Positions 1 to 12,760 of a DNA stretch of 64,000 nt are shown in pieces. Source of the stretch: Kudoa neothunni (taxonomy: Eukaryota; Animalia; Cnidaria); contig OZ199840.1 of the NCBI GenBank assembly GCA_964304625.1, positions 5,445,200-5,509,199 on the forward strand, read 5' to 3'. Both the position numbers and the translations under genes were made by a program. The notes beneath the pieces were generated by a model. That model saw nothing but the letters and a program-made list of their open reading frames with translations, made no database searches and was not told where the DNA came from. Each line of letters opens with the position of its first letter. Within the stretch, counting starts at the first letter, position 1.

Positions 1-874
1 TATTCATCTTTTTTACGTACTAATTATGCTTATAAATTATTTAATGCGAATATTTTTAACATTAAATCATTTAAATAGGAAGGAGCATTTTAATATGTAA
101 AATGACTAATGAAGGTACGACCGGTCGATTACTGTATCACTGTAGTTCAATGTCAATTTATTAAATTAAGAATATTAAAATTTAGTGATACCGATGTGTT
201 TATTAATAATAATTTTTGATATCAAAATAAATTAATTGTTTTACACAACCATTAAACATGGATGAGGTTTACAATTTAATTCCTGTCCAACAATTTGAAT
301 ATATATTTGATAAATAATTATTTTTTACATATATGAATATATCAAATAAAATAATAATTAAAAATTAATATATTCTAAATAATATAATCCCTATCAATAA
401 TTAAAAATAAACAATAATCTATTAGAATTTAAATTATTCAGTTATCACATTGTTTTATTTATTTATCTACTATTAATCTTTTGAAAAGATTATTTATCTT
501 AAAAAATATTGGAATTGTGAGAAGCGACGTAACAGAGATATAAATTTATTGCCGTATCTTTGTAATTCAATGATATTAATCAATACAGATAAATAATATA
601 AACAGACACATTTTAATTATTGTATTTATTTGAATTAAATGTATACGTTAAGCTCGGATAATTGAGTATTTTATAATATTTAACTCAAACTAAAAATCAA
701 TTAAAAATCTCTCTCAAATCAACGTATATATTATACACAACAAATTTTAGATAATCGATAATCTAGATAGTAATTTTTATTTTTGTTTCTACATATGTGA
801 AATATATTGTTATCTATACTCGATAAAACCTTAAATAATCGAGATTTTGTCATATTTCTTTTGTGTGTCCAAAA

Positions 875-1725
875 ATGTCGATACATACAATTGTTTTCCT
901 TGGCTTCATTTGTTATATTCATAATTTGATACATAAATTTATTTTTATTAGGTGTCATAAAAATAGTACCTACTATAGAAGATGAGGTATCATGCTTTTC
1001 AAAATAATTTAATACACTTCAATAGTTTATTTTAATGAATAAAATGAGAGATCAGTTGATTCTAAGTTTGGTTGACCTAAGTAATAACAAATTATTTCAA
1101 AGTGATACAATTAAAGTATGCCTTTGGTTTCTTAAATGAAAATAAAATTATCCAGAATCTTATCATACAAGATGCTCTTGGCGATTTACCAGGATTCATT
1201 CATGAGTTTCCTATACTCACAGAACTTTGCGAGATATATGCTGTCTGTGAATACCCCTATAGTATGTTTTTTATTCACCCAATATCAATATAAATATATT
1301 CATAATTTTTTTTTTCGAATTCAAGTTCTCAAATTAAGAAATAAACCTGAATGCGTTCCATGTGTCGTAATTAATTTCTTCATGACAATGATATAGTTTT
1401 ATTATAGTTGGTTTTATATTTGTTTCATATGAGGGAACATATTAATCAACCTTTCACTGAATCAGTAAATATTTATAATATCCACGCAATCTATAAATCA
1501 ACATAATTTCCTTAATTCTCTTTCGCCACAGAAACAATATATGTTACTTCAAGTAACGAAATTATTATGCACTTTGGGGGATCACTGCACACCCTATCAG
1601 CATTATTTTCACTTACGTAATTAATCATTTTTACATATTTAAAGCTGTTATATTAATCGACTTATTATTTTACTTCATTTTTAGACTCAGTAACTTATAA
1701 CAAAGATCAGGGACCTCATTGCTAA
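875..1725 (+). CDS. Secreted Cys-patterned (saposin-like?) family protein, paralogue A, 8 exons
   Basis: Exons 875-911, 952-986, 1026-1115, 1156-1261, 1326-1366, 1408-1464, 1532-1616, 1685-1725, all GT-AG, splice to an open frame: MSIHTIVFLGFICVIKIVPTIEDEFILMNKMRDQLILSLVDLSNNKLFQSDTIKNLIIQDALGDLPGFIHEFPILTELCEIYAVCEYPYILKLRNKPECVPCVLVLYLFHMREHINQPFTESKQYMLLQVTKLLCTLGDHCTPYQHYFHLHSVTYNKDQGPHC*. Hydrophobic N-terminus; exon sizes and phases match the paralogues. Confidence 0.85.
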
Positions 1726-2779
1726 TTGGATAAATTCTCTAACCTTGATCGCTGTGGTGAATTTTACATCAGATTTTACTATATAAAATCAAATATAACT
1801 ATACCAATCTAATTCGATATGTGGTAAATTTAGATATTTTTTAAATTTTCAAATGAATATAATTTTTATCATGATAAGATGAATAATGATTAAGGAACAA
1901 CATAATTTTAAGTTCCATAAAAATAATTTTTTCGTTACATTCTTTCCATAATTAAAATTTAAATTTCATAATGCTTTGAAATGAATAAAGTATTTGTTTA
2001 CATAATTTTTTAAAGAGGTGGGTAAACTTTTTTAACTTGATTATTAAATAATGTTATTATTAGGTAAATTTATTTCCAATAATATAATTGATTTAATAAT
2101 AATTTTCATTTAAATTATCGTATAGTATCAATTTCATATTATTAGGTAACTATTTATTTTATATATTGTAATTAGAGAACTATCTATAAAATTTCTTTTT
2201 GCTCATCTTATATTTCGTAGTACATTTTTCTAAAACGTCCTATTAACGAATGAGTGATCTTAGTTCCTCAATGAAATAGATTTCAATAATGATAATGATA
2301 AAATAAACTTATAGTGGCAGTAGATAATCGATAGTACGAAATCCATTCAGAAACGCCAAAATAATTGGGTAGTAAATATTGCAATCAAGACGTCCAAATC
2401 TTGGTGTTTTCCTCTTGATGTTGAGATTCTTTTTCCAGTGTTTGGTTCTTAAGAGGTTTTTTCGCTTTAAGCCAAATCCAAATCCTGTGTGTTTTTTGTT
2501 TATTTTCAAAACATTTAGATTATTGAATTCTTTGTGACCAATATATAAATAAGAAGTTTTAGAATTAGGTAGAATAACCAAAGTTATTGTTTTAGTAACG
2601 GAAAGAATTAAAATTATTCGATATTTTAAAAAGATATCGCGGTCGTCGATATCGCGCTATATTCTAACTTCTGGATAATTTTTATTTAACGAATTGTTTT
2701 TATAATGAATTATTTTGATGTTATTGACGTAAATTATTTTATAGTATGAGTGAAATTTCAAACGGAGATCAAAATAGAG

Positions 2780-2950
2780 CGTGAAATAATGTGCCTCAAT
2801 CATGTTTGGCTAAATATTAACTTTAAATATTGACTTAACTAGGATGGTAAGGAGAGGAATTCCATCTAGTGCAAATGTTGAACGAATTTTTTTTAATGGG
2901 CACAATAAAAACTAACTAAACTATCTCATTAAAGGCTGAAATTATAAAAT
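2780..2950 (+). mobile_element. hAT dimerisation-domain remnant
   Basis: GIPSSANVERIFF at about 2856-2895, compare hAT PxSSxxxERxFS. Confidence 0.5.
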
Positions 2951-3619
2951 ATCAACATACCACAAAGCAGTTGATCAGATGAAATAATAATACGTGTTTG
3001 ACGTCACAACCAACAAATAAACTAATATATTACGTGAGCAGCGGTGTCGTGACCCAATGATACCTTGAGCGTTTGAAACATTGATCTAACTTCCTAGCTC
3101 AGGGTTGTGAAGACGATGAAAGCAATTCAATCGACGACAAAAATGAGAAAAACGCGTTTAAAATAAAATTTTATATTATTTTAATAATACTATTGTTTTT
3201 TATTTGCTATTTTGTTTTTTTTTTCGCCTAATCATTCGTATTTATAGAGTTCAATCTTGGGTTTATTCTGATAATCTCATTTGACGTCCTGGTTTCAACC
3301 ACTTGTAAGCAAACATTATTTGTGTTTTCTTTATTCTTCAACATGGTTAGACCCTCCTATTTTTAAATAAGAAAAACTAAAAATTTATTATTAAGTTTTA
3401 TTAAGGATATTTGGCCGAAAAATAATTTGTAAATTTAGTTTAAATCGAATTATTGATAAAATATTTATAAATCATTACATTGTATAAAATTCATTTAATA
3501 TGCAGTTCAATTAAATTGTAATTAATAATAGATTATTTATTTTTAGCGTCATGTGTAAAAAAGTTTTTATATCTGAATCTTATAATTTTTTAAACGCGGT
3601 GGCTAATCTCATGGTACCA

Positions 3620-5130
3620 AATAACTCCTCCGTTATAATTGAAATTTCAAATCTGATTATAAATTTAATTGTAGCCATTTTAAATCTAATTTTTTATGAA
3701 AAAACTGTTGGAAAATTGGATGAATAAAAATTCAACAGTTGGTCTGCCCTATTTACACAGTTCAATAAGTACACTCACATTTTTTGAGCCTAATATTATG
3801 TAATATAAATATTTTAATTAATATCAAATGTAAGCATTTCTAATGGTGGTTAGAAACCTTCATGTTAATAAACATTAACGCATGTAGTTTAATTTAGAAT
3901 ATGTCATCTCTAATCATTTACGAAACATGTACGTTTTTATCTAAACATTTTTAAATATAATTTTAACAAAACTGTTGTTATTTAATGGATATTAAATGGA
4001 GACGAATTATATTACAAATGTGTAAACCATTTTTCCTATGTATCTATAAGATTGTATTATAATTTCTGAGAATGTTCTTTTTTTGTCCCGACAATTCTAT
4101 TTATTTCAATCAGAAGTATGAGAAAGGTTTTCATGGTGCCTATTCGTGTATACAGTACATATGAGTTTAAATTTTAGAGTAAACCTACACTTCTTTATTT
4201 AAACCCATATATCTTTTTTTTCAAGCAAGGAGAATCTAAATTATCTGCATACATTCATCTAGTAGTGTCTCAGTGGGTAAATTTATAAAATGAAAATTTT
4301 TCAATGGTGATTTTTGTGGTACCTTTGCTTTGATTATTGTAAAACGAGCCAATGATGAAATATAAAATGGTAAATTCGTCCTTGAGCATTTTGAGTTGTA
4401 CAACCAAATTTCGTTTTAAAATTACAAACATTTGCTTCCTGACACAGAGGAATGTATAATTTTAATAGTTCAGAAAAATCGATTTTCACTCTAATGAAGA
4501 ATTGATCAACTTATACACACACTATCAATGGTTGTTTGGCTGGGGGCCCAAAAAATTACTCACAAATAACCACATACGAAATTTCAACAGTAAAATATTA
4601 TTTTTTATATAACATAGAGGTTTGAGAAAATCAATTTAAAAGCGCTTCATAGGAAGTTATAATGTCACCACTTTTCAGACTTATTCCATTCAATTGATAT
4701 TTTATATCTTACAAAAGCTTAAATTTCTCTGCTCCAATTGAATGTAACATATAAACATGTTAAACAACTTTAATTAGTTCAAAGTTCTTTATAACTTTGA
4801 AATAGTCTCACGAGATAGAACTCCCATAATCAAACAGGATTCATTCGCATATTCAGAGGGGGCGGGTGACACAAAAATACACAAACAGAACATTTTTTAA
4901 TTATTAGTGAATTTTTTGACTTTTTATTTCAACTAAAATGGTCATATTAAAGAATGTTAGGCTTAATAAATGTGAGTGTACTTATTGAACAGTGTAAATA
5001 GGGCAGAGAAACTGCTGAATTTTTATTCTTTAAATTTTCCAACAGTTATTTCATAAAATATTAGATTTAAAATGGCTACAATTAAATTTATAATCAGATT
5101 TGAAATTTCAATTATAACGGAGGTGTTATT
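3620..5130. repeat. ~175-bp long inverted repeats (3620-3797 / 4953-5130) bounding a 1.5-kb non-autonomous element
   Basis: CTCCGTTATAATTGAAATTTCAAATCTGATTATAAATTTAATTGTAGCCATTTTAAATCTAAT...AATAAGTACACTCACATTT is mirrored on the opposite strand with scattered mismatches. Confidence 0.85.
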
Positions 5131-5849
5131 CGATTCCATGAGAATAGTCACTGTCATTTTAAAATGATTCACCCAACTATATAATGTGAATACAGTGTAT
5201 ACTATAAAACGTCTAATGATGATTATTAGTGCGTTTTTAGACACATTTGGTATAATTTTTTATAATTTCGTACATTCCTTCAAAAATTCATTCGTAATAA
5301 TTTAAATTTTATTCTCTCTCCTCCAATACACAACAATAATATTCAAGTATGTTGGCTAAAAATAATTTATTATCAATAAGTCAAATTATATAATATATGG
5401 AAATTCCCTAGTTTATTCCAAAAATATTGTGAAGAATTTCACTCCGTTATAATCATAAAAATATTTCAACCTGTATCACTTATTATAAACATCGAACTCA
5501 TGGTATTCGTGTAATTGCATATTATGAGTTACGTAATGTATAATTTTTTTAAATTTTTTCTAGAATGATAGTCATAGCCACAATGACCACTCATCCAACC
5601 TCATGTAAGGTACCAATGTCATATTTGGTTACATTCTTATTTAGTAATTTTAGCGTTTGTGATATTCACAATATACAGTAGTGTATTGGTCGTACGCAAT
5701 ATGAATCCAACCCAATTTTAAAAAATTTACTTTTTAGTACTGATTTTATTTTGATTATAATTTGAATAGATGGTTCAATAAAAATAGATAATTTGTCAAT
5801 GAATAATTGATTTTCAACAAAATATTAGCGATGAAAATTTACTGTATGT

Positions 5850-6650
5850 TTCTAACGCAAAAATGCCTCGAGCGCAGTGCATAATCTGAACGTTGCAAAA
5901 AAAATGAATGGAACTATAATAATAGCGTAATAAATCACTTTGTATTGCCAAATAACACGAAATTTGAAAGTTTTATACTTTCATATCATTAATAAAGATT
6001 CTAAGCTCCAAGCGATGTAATAATTTCCCAATAAAACAGCACGATAACAAACAGGCCTAATGACCTGTTCCATTTTTGAGTCTTTTCTTAAAAAATAGAA
6101 TAGGCAACTGGCTCTTTCCAAGATAAAATTTTTTTATAATTTCGCAACTTTTTCTTAGCTCAAAAACAATATTTTTCTATCTTAACACTATGGTACATTT
6201 TTTCCAACACAACAAGTGGACTTCAACATGGGATCATAAAATTGTTAATGTTTTAAAATGACTCAAAAAGTAAATAAACGACATCATTCATTTATCAGAT
6301 AAAATTTCAAGATAGTAGCTACATTATAATTTATAAATAATATTTTGGATGTAATTGTTTTGGCATTCAAATTATGAGAATGCATTAAAACGGAATCCAT
6401 AGTTAACTGATTTAGGGAATCTTTTTCCTCTCTCAAAATCCACTAAATAATGATTCTTATGATGGTCTAGACGATGATCAGTTTAAACATGACATAATTT
6501 GGCTGATTGGATTGGAGGAATCATTAGAATCAACAAATTCTATGGAGGAAACTCTTGAGAACAACACAGTCGTCACCTCTGAAATTTTGACATCAGATTT
6601 TTCTTATCTTGACAGGGATGATGACGACTCTGATTATAGTGATAAGGATA
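5850..6650 (+). mobile_element. pogo/Tigger transposase remnant
   Basis: 6200-6245 reads NTTSGLQ-HGIIK, compare pogo NTTSxLQPxDxGII. No TIRs found; boundaries approximate. Confidence 0.5.
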
Positions 6651-8588
6651 TTATATCAACACGGAAGGAACTATTGTATTTGGCATGAGTTATAAAACTC
6701 TTTCTAAGTAAGATTTTGTCAATTCCTGACAATATAAACTGAACATGAAATGGTTGACTCAAGATTATAACAGTTTTATAGAGCAAAATACAGAACGGTA
6801 TTTTAATAAGGACAAGTATAAAAATTAATTTGTTCATCTAAATAAATTTTTATTGATTATATTATCGATAGAAATTGTTATTTTTGTCAATGCATGCGAC
6901 ATTCGAATATGGTCAATGCAAAAATGGATGCAACGCAATGGATATCATCTTTCAAATTTCTTTGTTACATCTATACATTACTGCAATCACACAACATATA
7001 GCTTTTAGTCCATCTGATATAAAGCAAGCATATACGGAAATATTTTATAAGCTTTAGTGAATATTTTTAATTTTTCCAAAATAATATTCATTAGTAGTCT
7101 GGCATAAATAATTATTGGTTGATCGAAATAGAGTAAAATTGTATTTATTGTAATTTTTATAAAAACTTTAATAATGCATTGATATACAATTATTTGTGGC
7201 AAACGTTACAATAAATAACATTTTAAATGAATTAATGTTAAAAAATAATATTATTTAATAAATTAAATATTAATTAATTAAATAACAACCAATTATTGAT
7301 TATTTAATAATATTGTTGCTTATGTAGCATTAATGGAGGTTAGATGTAATACGAGAAAACAATAATAAGCTTGCAATGAATGAAACAATAGATTACGAGT
7401 AAAATGGATTAGCCTGAATACAAAAAAGTTTTTCAAATTACATGGATAATTTATAATTATTTCAATTATATTTCATCTTTTTATAGGCCTTGGTTTTAAT
7501 AAAGAGGATGTTTTAAGTTATATAAATTGAAATAAATTTTATCGTACGTTTGGATTTTTTATGGAAAAAGGTATATTATTTAATAAAAACTCATTTTCTA
7601 AACACAATCTAATATATTTGAATCTATCATAATTATTTTTCAATAATAGACAACTATAATAAAATATTATATTAGCGATTATATGAAATTTACTTTATTA
7701 TTCAATTTATTAAAACATTTTAAAAAAGGTGGTTTATTATTTTTTGTGGTGAACATGCTATTTATTTAGTTGACAATATTATGGGGTAAACAATTTTTTA
7801 ATCGGTTAGGTTGTTGAATAGTACTTAATGATCTCTTCACAATTAATAAAGACAAATATTATTTAATGAAATAAATAAGGTAAAAATATTATTTTCACTT
7901 AAACCATTATTTGTAACCAACAAAAATTATCAATAAAGTATACAATACGTGATCAGATACGATGTTTAGAGAAATCAGAGTACAAACGTTAATCTTAATA
8001 AATAAATAATAATTCATTTATAACATGCCAATATATATTAATTCTTTGTGAAATATATATAATTTAAATTTCTTAACTTATATAGGTATAAACAATATCG
8101 ACGAAATCATTAAATAAAATAGTGGGAAATCAAATTTTTTAATCACGCAAAAAGATACAACATTTTTAACATTATTTTAACACACAAAAAACCAATGAAT
8201 TTTTATAAAAATATTCTGATATTAGATAACACGTATACAAAAGACTATAGTATCCAGTGTATTTTAGGAGGGTATTAATAAGATCTACTTACAGTTATAA
8301 GCGTAAATTCGTTTTATTACGAATTAGTAATAAAACGAATTTTTATCACTAATAATACTTATATGATAAAATTAATTTAATAATTTCCAACCATTCTATA
8401 ATACACATTATTGATTTTTTACAGTTTACACGTAATTATGTTCAATAATACTTTTTTTGTATTTTATTAAATTACTTAAATTTTTTAATATTTAAACGTA
8501 TTTGTTATCCGACTGATAGATTCATTGTATACAAGTGATATAACTTTATTGTTTTTAATTATTTTGATAACGATCATCGATAAAGTAG

Positions 8589-8596
8589 TATAAAAG
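8589..8596 (+). promoter_or_regulatory. Probable TATA box of paralogue B
   Basis: TATAAAAG 47 nt upstream of the ATG. Similar elements lie upstream of C (TATATAAAG, 17428) and D (TATATAA, 20080). The AT-rich background lowers specificity. Confidence 0.4.
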
Positions 8597-8635
8597 CACG
8601 CAGCATTGATTCAGCTAAATAGAATAAAGTTCTTC

Positions 8636-9658
8636 ATGAGTTTGTTGCAACCTTTCTGTTTTTTGTTGATAGGTTAGAATAATTATATTTTACATAAATA
8701 AATAATTTTAGTGTTTGTTTACTCGAAAAAAACTGTTCAGCACAGTGATGTAATATAATTTTTTTTGTTTTCTATCTTATTAGTTGATTTGTGTACATAT
8801 AGTTTGAAGTTTCGGAAACCGTAGCTCAGGAACTTACCCAGAGAATAAAAACATTTATGGGAAATCCAGCATTCAATGGCAAAGTTAAATTGAAATGAAT
8901 TTTTAATGTATCATTTTTAAATGATTACCTCAGGAACAATTGCTTATTAACGCGCAAAATAATCCGAAAGATTTTATTAATGAATTTCCTGATACTGATG
9001 GTTTCAGGAGAGATTACGCCGTGATTGAAGCAAACGAAGGTAATAGTTATTTATTCCCATCCATTTTTTATAATTATATGAACATATTTTATTACAGTTA
9101 AAGAAATAAGTGGAGATATAAATTGTTTCATTTGCTCTGTAGTGCACTTTTATTTTATAGATAGTTATAATTTTTATTAGAACTTATATTATGCTATTTT
9201 AAAAGACGGAACTAACGTAGAACAATCTTTCGACACTTCCGTAACTTTCTATATATATATATATATATATATACTTAAATTTTAAATATTTTATCGAAAA
9301 TTTAATAATTAATGTTGAATAGAAAGATATGGAAATTCTAAAAAACTCAAATAAAGGGTGTGTGAAGGATTTATTGTGCGATGTGTCAGTTCTTCCCTAT
9401 GCTGAAAGTATATGAAAATTTATTCAATACTATGTGTATCCTATAACTAATTACTAAATTTTGCTAATTATTTCATTTTCATCATCATAATGAAAATTTT
9501 AATAATGTTGTTATTTCGTATTAGGGGAAGAATTCAATGATGAAGGATGTGGTAATTTGCATTCACATAACAATGTACATTCATTGTTACGTAACGCTAT
9601 CCAACATGGCGAAGTACAAAAGATAGTCCTAGAACGTGATGAATTGCCTAGTAACTAA
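8636..9658 (+). CDS. Secreted Cys-patterned family protein, paralogue B, 8 exons
   Basis: Exons 8636-8672, 8712-8749, 8803-8883, 8934-9039, 9098-9138, 9181-9240, 9323-9407, 9525-9658: MSLLQPFCFLLIVFVYSKKTVQHSDFEVSETVAQELTQRIKTFMGNPAFNGKEQLLINAQNNPKDFINEFPDTDGFRRDYAVIEANEVKEISGDINCFICSNLYYAILKDGTNVEQSFDTSKDMEILKNSNKGCVKDLLCDVSVLPYAEREEFNDEGCGNLHSHNNVHSLLRNAIQHGEVQKIVLERDELPSN*. It has the same 106/41/60/85-nt core exons. Confidence 0.85.
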
Positions 9659-11559
9659 TACCAAACTAACAAAAATTATCAATTAGTGAATTCTCTATAT
9701 TTGAAGTTTCATTTTATTTTTTTATCTCAATCTATTTAAATATACCTATGTATATATATTTATTCAGAACGAACCAATATCATGAGTTATTACATATGAG
9801 TATTTTAATATTTTAAGTCATTAAGAATCAGCATATAGAATTCAATTCTATATAAATATAAAAATTATATGCTGAAAGTGAGTGTTTATGTAACGGTCAC
9901 TGCTATTCAAATTATAATTTAAAAATTAATGCAATAATTAAAATTATATTGATCAAAATATTAGAAAAAAATTATAAAATTAACTCGGAAAATTATATTT
10001 ACTATATAATATAATCATTTTAATTTAATATCTAATACATATATTAAAATTTATATAATTCTAAACAATAAACGTTCATTTATTACGAGAAATAATTCAA
10101 TCCATGAATTAAAAAATATGTGGATTTTAAATAATTTATTAAATTATACTAAAGTATTATAAATATAATAATAACGCAAAATTTCTAGCTTCGCTATGAT
10201 TCGAAATTATTCTACATTGAATATGTTCTTAAATCTTTCAATAAAATTTAGTAATGCATCAAAATTAATAGAATGGATAAAAATATGATCTATCTAGGCC
10301 ATAAATACATAATAAACGGGATGGGTGAAATATAAATTAAGATACTTGGATGAATTTATTTAAAATAATAAATTGTATATATTTATATTAAATAATTTGA
10401 GAATAAATTTGTAGAGGCTTAGATTATTTTTCTTCTTTTTTTATGGGGGTATAAATTTTTATATTGACATTCATAAAAACAACTTTTTTCAACTTATATA
10501 ATTAAAATATTTAGTTAAAGCACTAATAATTAGTACTTATTTCACTTTATTTATGTTGTTACATAAAAGAGGACATTGTTAAATAAATATAAAATGTATC
10601 CTAAAACTTTAGCTATAGTAAAATTAATAGGAACTATAATCCTAGAGAAAATAATAAAAATACCCAAGTAATGTCAAAAATTTATCAGAGATTAAATTCG
10701 ATTAAACATTCCGTGATGGACTTGCAAATTTTGGGATGTGAAACTTTTTACTGGGTTTTTATTTAAAAAAAATTTGTTATATTATTCATTCTCGCCTTTT
10801 TTTGAGAAGTAAATAACATTCATAGATTAACATTGTGCTCTGTTTGGATATATTTAAGAATTCTCTTATCAATAATTAATATACATTTTTCTCAATAATA
10901 AAACTACTTTTTCACTTGATGATCCTGTTTTTATAATCCATTTGCATCCGCGACCATCATTCAACGTACGTGAAAGTAGACACACGGTTTTTTGCTTATT
11001 CAGAAGTCGGTGAGTGAATCGAAATGCATTTGGAGCACTCGGAGTAAGATCATCATAGTTGTCACTGTTATTGTATTTCATATTTTAAAATTACTCGGGA
11101 TTCGGGACTTGCTACTAGCTGGTCCCGAAATTTGCAAGTATATTCCGGGCGCTTTGGGTTCTATTATACTCCAAAACTATTGTGAAAAGATTTTTTTGTA
11201 TTTTTTGAACTAAGCACTATTTATATCACTTGTTTTTTCCTAAAATATACACATGAATATTATAATCATTTATTTTATAAAATGATTACATTTTTAAGGG
11301 AAATAAATATACTTTTTACACATTGTACTTTTTGGGGTTTATTAGACACCCCTTTTTTATGTGCCCAAACAACAACAAAAATTTTTCTATTTAACATTTT
11401 AAAATAAAAACAGAATCTACCGTAAATATTAAGAGAAAATGAGTAAACAAATATCGACGATGTTCCGTGGTAATACCGAACAGGTCGTTGGATATACTAG
11501 CGCCTCGAATGATATAAGTTACAAAAATTACGATAGTGATTTTAACAGATTCATTAATA

Positions 11560-12060
11560 TATTAATAGAGTAACAATATGTCAAAAACTTTTTAATTTTA
11601 TGATAATGATGTCGACATTCATATTATATACTCGGAAAAAATGGCGTAATGTGATATATTGAAATCATAAGAACATCAAAAGTGTGAACAGAAAATATTA
11701 TGGACGATGCCCTAGGTGTTAGCGCTTATTTAGCTCATAGAATTAAGGAATTTTTGGAATGCTCAGATATATTGCTCTGTGATGGCGTTTATGAATACTT
11801 AATATGAAATACAAATAAATCTGGTTTACATCATTACGTTCATCGTTTGAAACAATTTTTCAATAAATAAGTTTTGGTTATACATAGGTGTACTTATTGA
11901 TATGACAATAACGAGATCTAGACTGGAGTTTATAAAAACATTTTGGAGTAATGATATAGGTATGGAAATACTTCGAGTGGTCATGAATTTGAGAAGTTTG
12001 ATTGAGATTACGAAGACTTTCCCATTTGAATATTATACAATCACAATCGAAAAAAACAAA
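11560..12060 (+). mobile_element. Mutator (MULE) transposase remnant
   Basis: LECSDILLCDGVYE (compare MULE DGTF) and VVMNL...IEITKTFP (compare DFE...FP). Confidence 0.5.
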
Positions 12061-12199
12061 CTGATGACTTTTGCCAGTATCGGGAGAAATTCGACAAATG
12101 AAAACAACTTCTTCCTAGTTACCTAATACCTTATTTATATTTAACAGTTGATTGCTTATAGAAGGAAATATCATTCCACACTATACATGCCTTACGAAC

Positions 12200-12760
12200 C
12201 GGCAGTTTAACAATTGAAATTTTTCTTGCATGTACACTCAGCTAACTTTAATCACAACATTTCTGTCTTCCTTCGTAAACAAATTAACCAAAAAGCTTAT
12301 TGTTTAGGATAATATTGTTTTATATCTTGTGCCATACCTAAAAACAGTAATAGAAATATTGTTGCTGATAATTATTTGAACATTAATTTTATTTTTCAAT
12401 TAATTATTAAGAACTAGTCTGACTATGGTTGGAACAATTAAGCCAACAAGGAGATACATACGAAATAATGAAGCTGAGCCAATCAAGGAAGCTTTATAGT
12501 TAATTATTTCCTTTCTCCGATATAATTATTGTGTTCCATGTCTCTAAAAAAACATGTCAGTTATACTCTTGGTTTTTTCTTCAGTAAATACGAACTTATC
12601 TCCTGATGAATACAAAAAACTTGAAGTCATTTCATTTTCCAATAAAAACAGACGTGGCTTTGATACTGTCGGTCACATTATAGTTTCCACTAATGTCAAA
12701 AGGTATTTTAACTGCTAGCCAACCGTGTTTTTAATATTTTAGGCATTAACCTGATAAATT
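12200..12760 (+). mobile_element. piggyBac transposase remnant
   Basis: RNIVADNY (about 12352-12378), MVGTI, and NKNRRGFDTV, compare the piggyBac YNxxKGGVDxxD motif. Confidence 0.6.

Noticed and set aside
2309-3340. ORF 2309-2581 and mariner-like W..PG fragments
   Set aside because: No diagnostic DD34D motifs or TIRs; probably decayed TE or chance.
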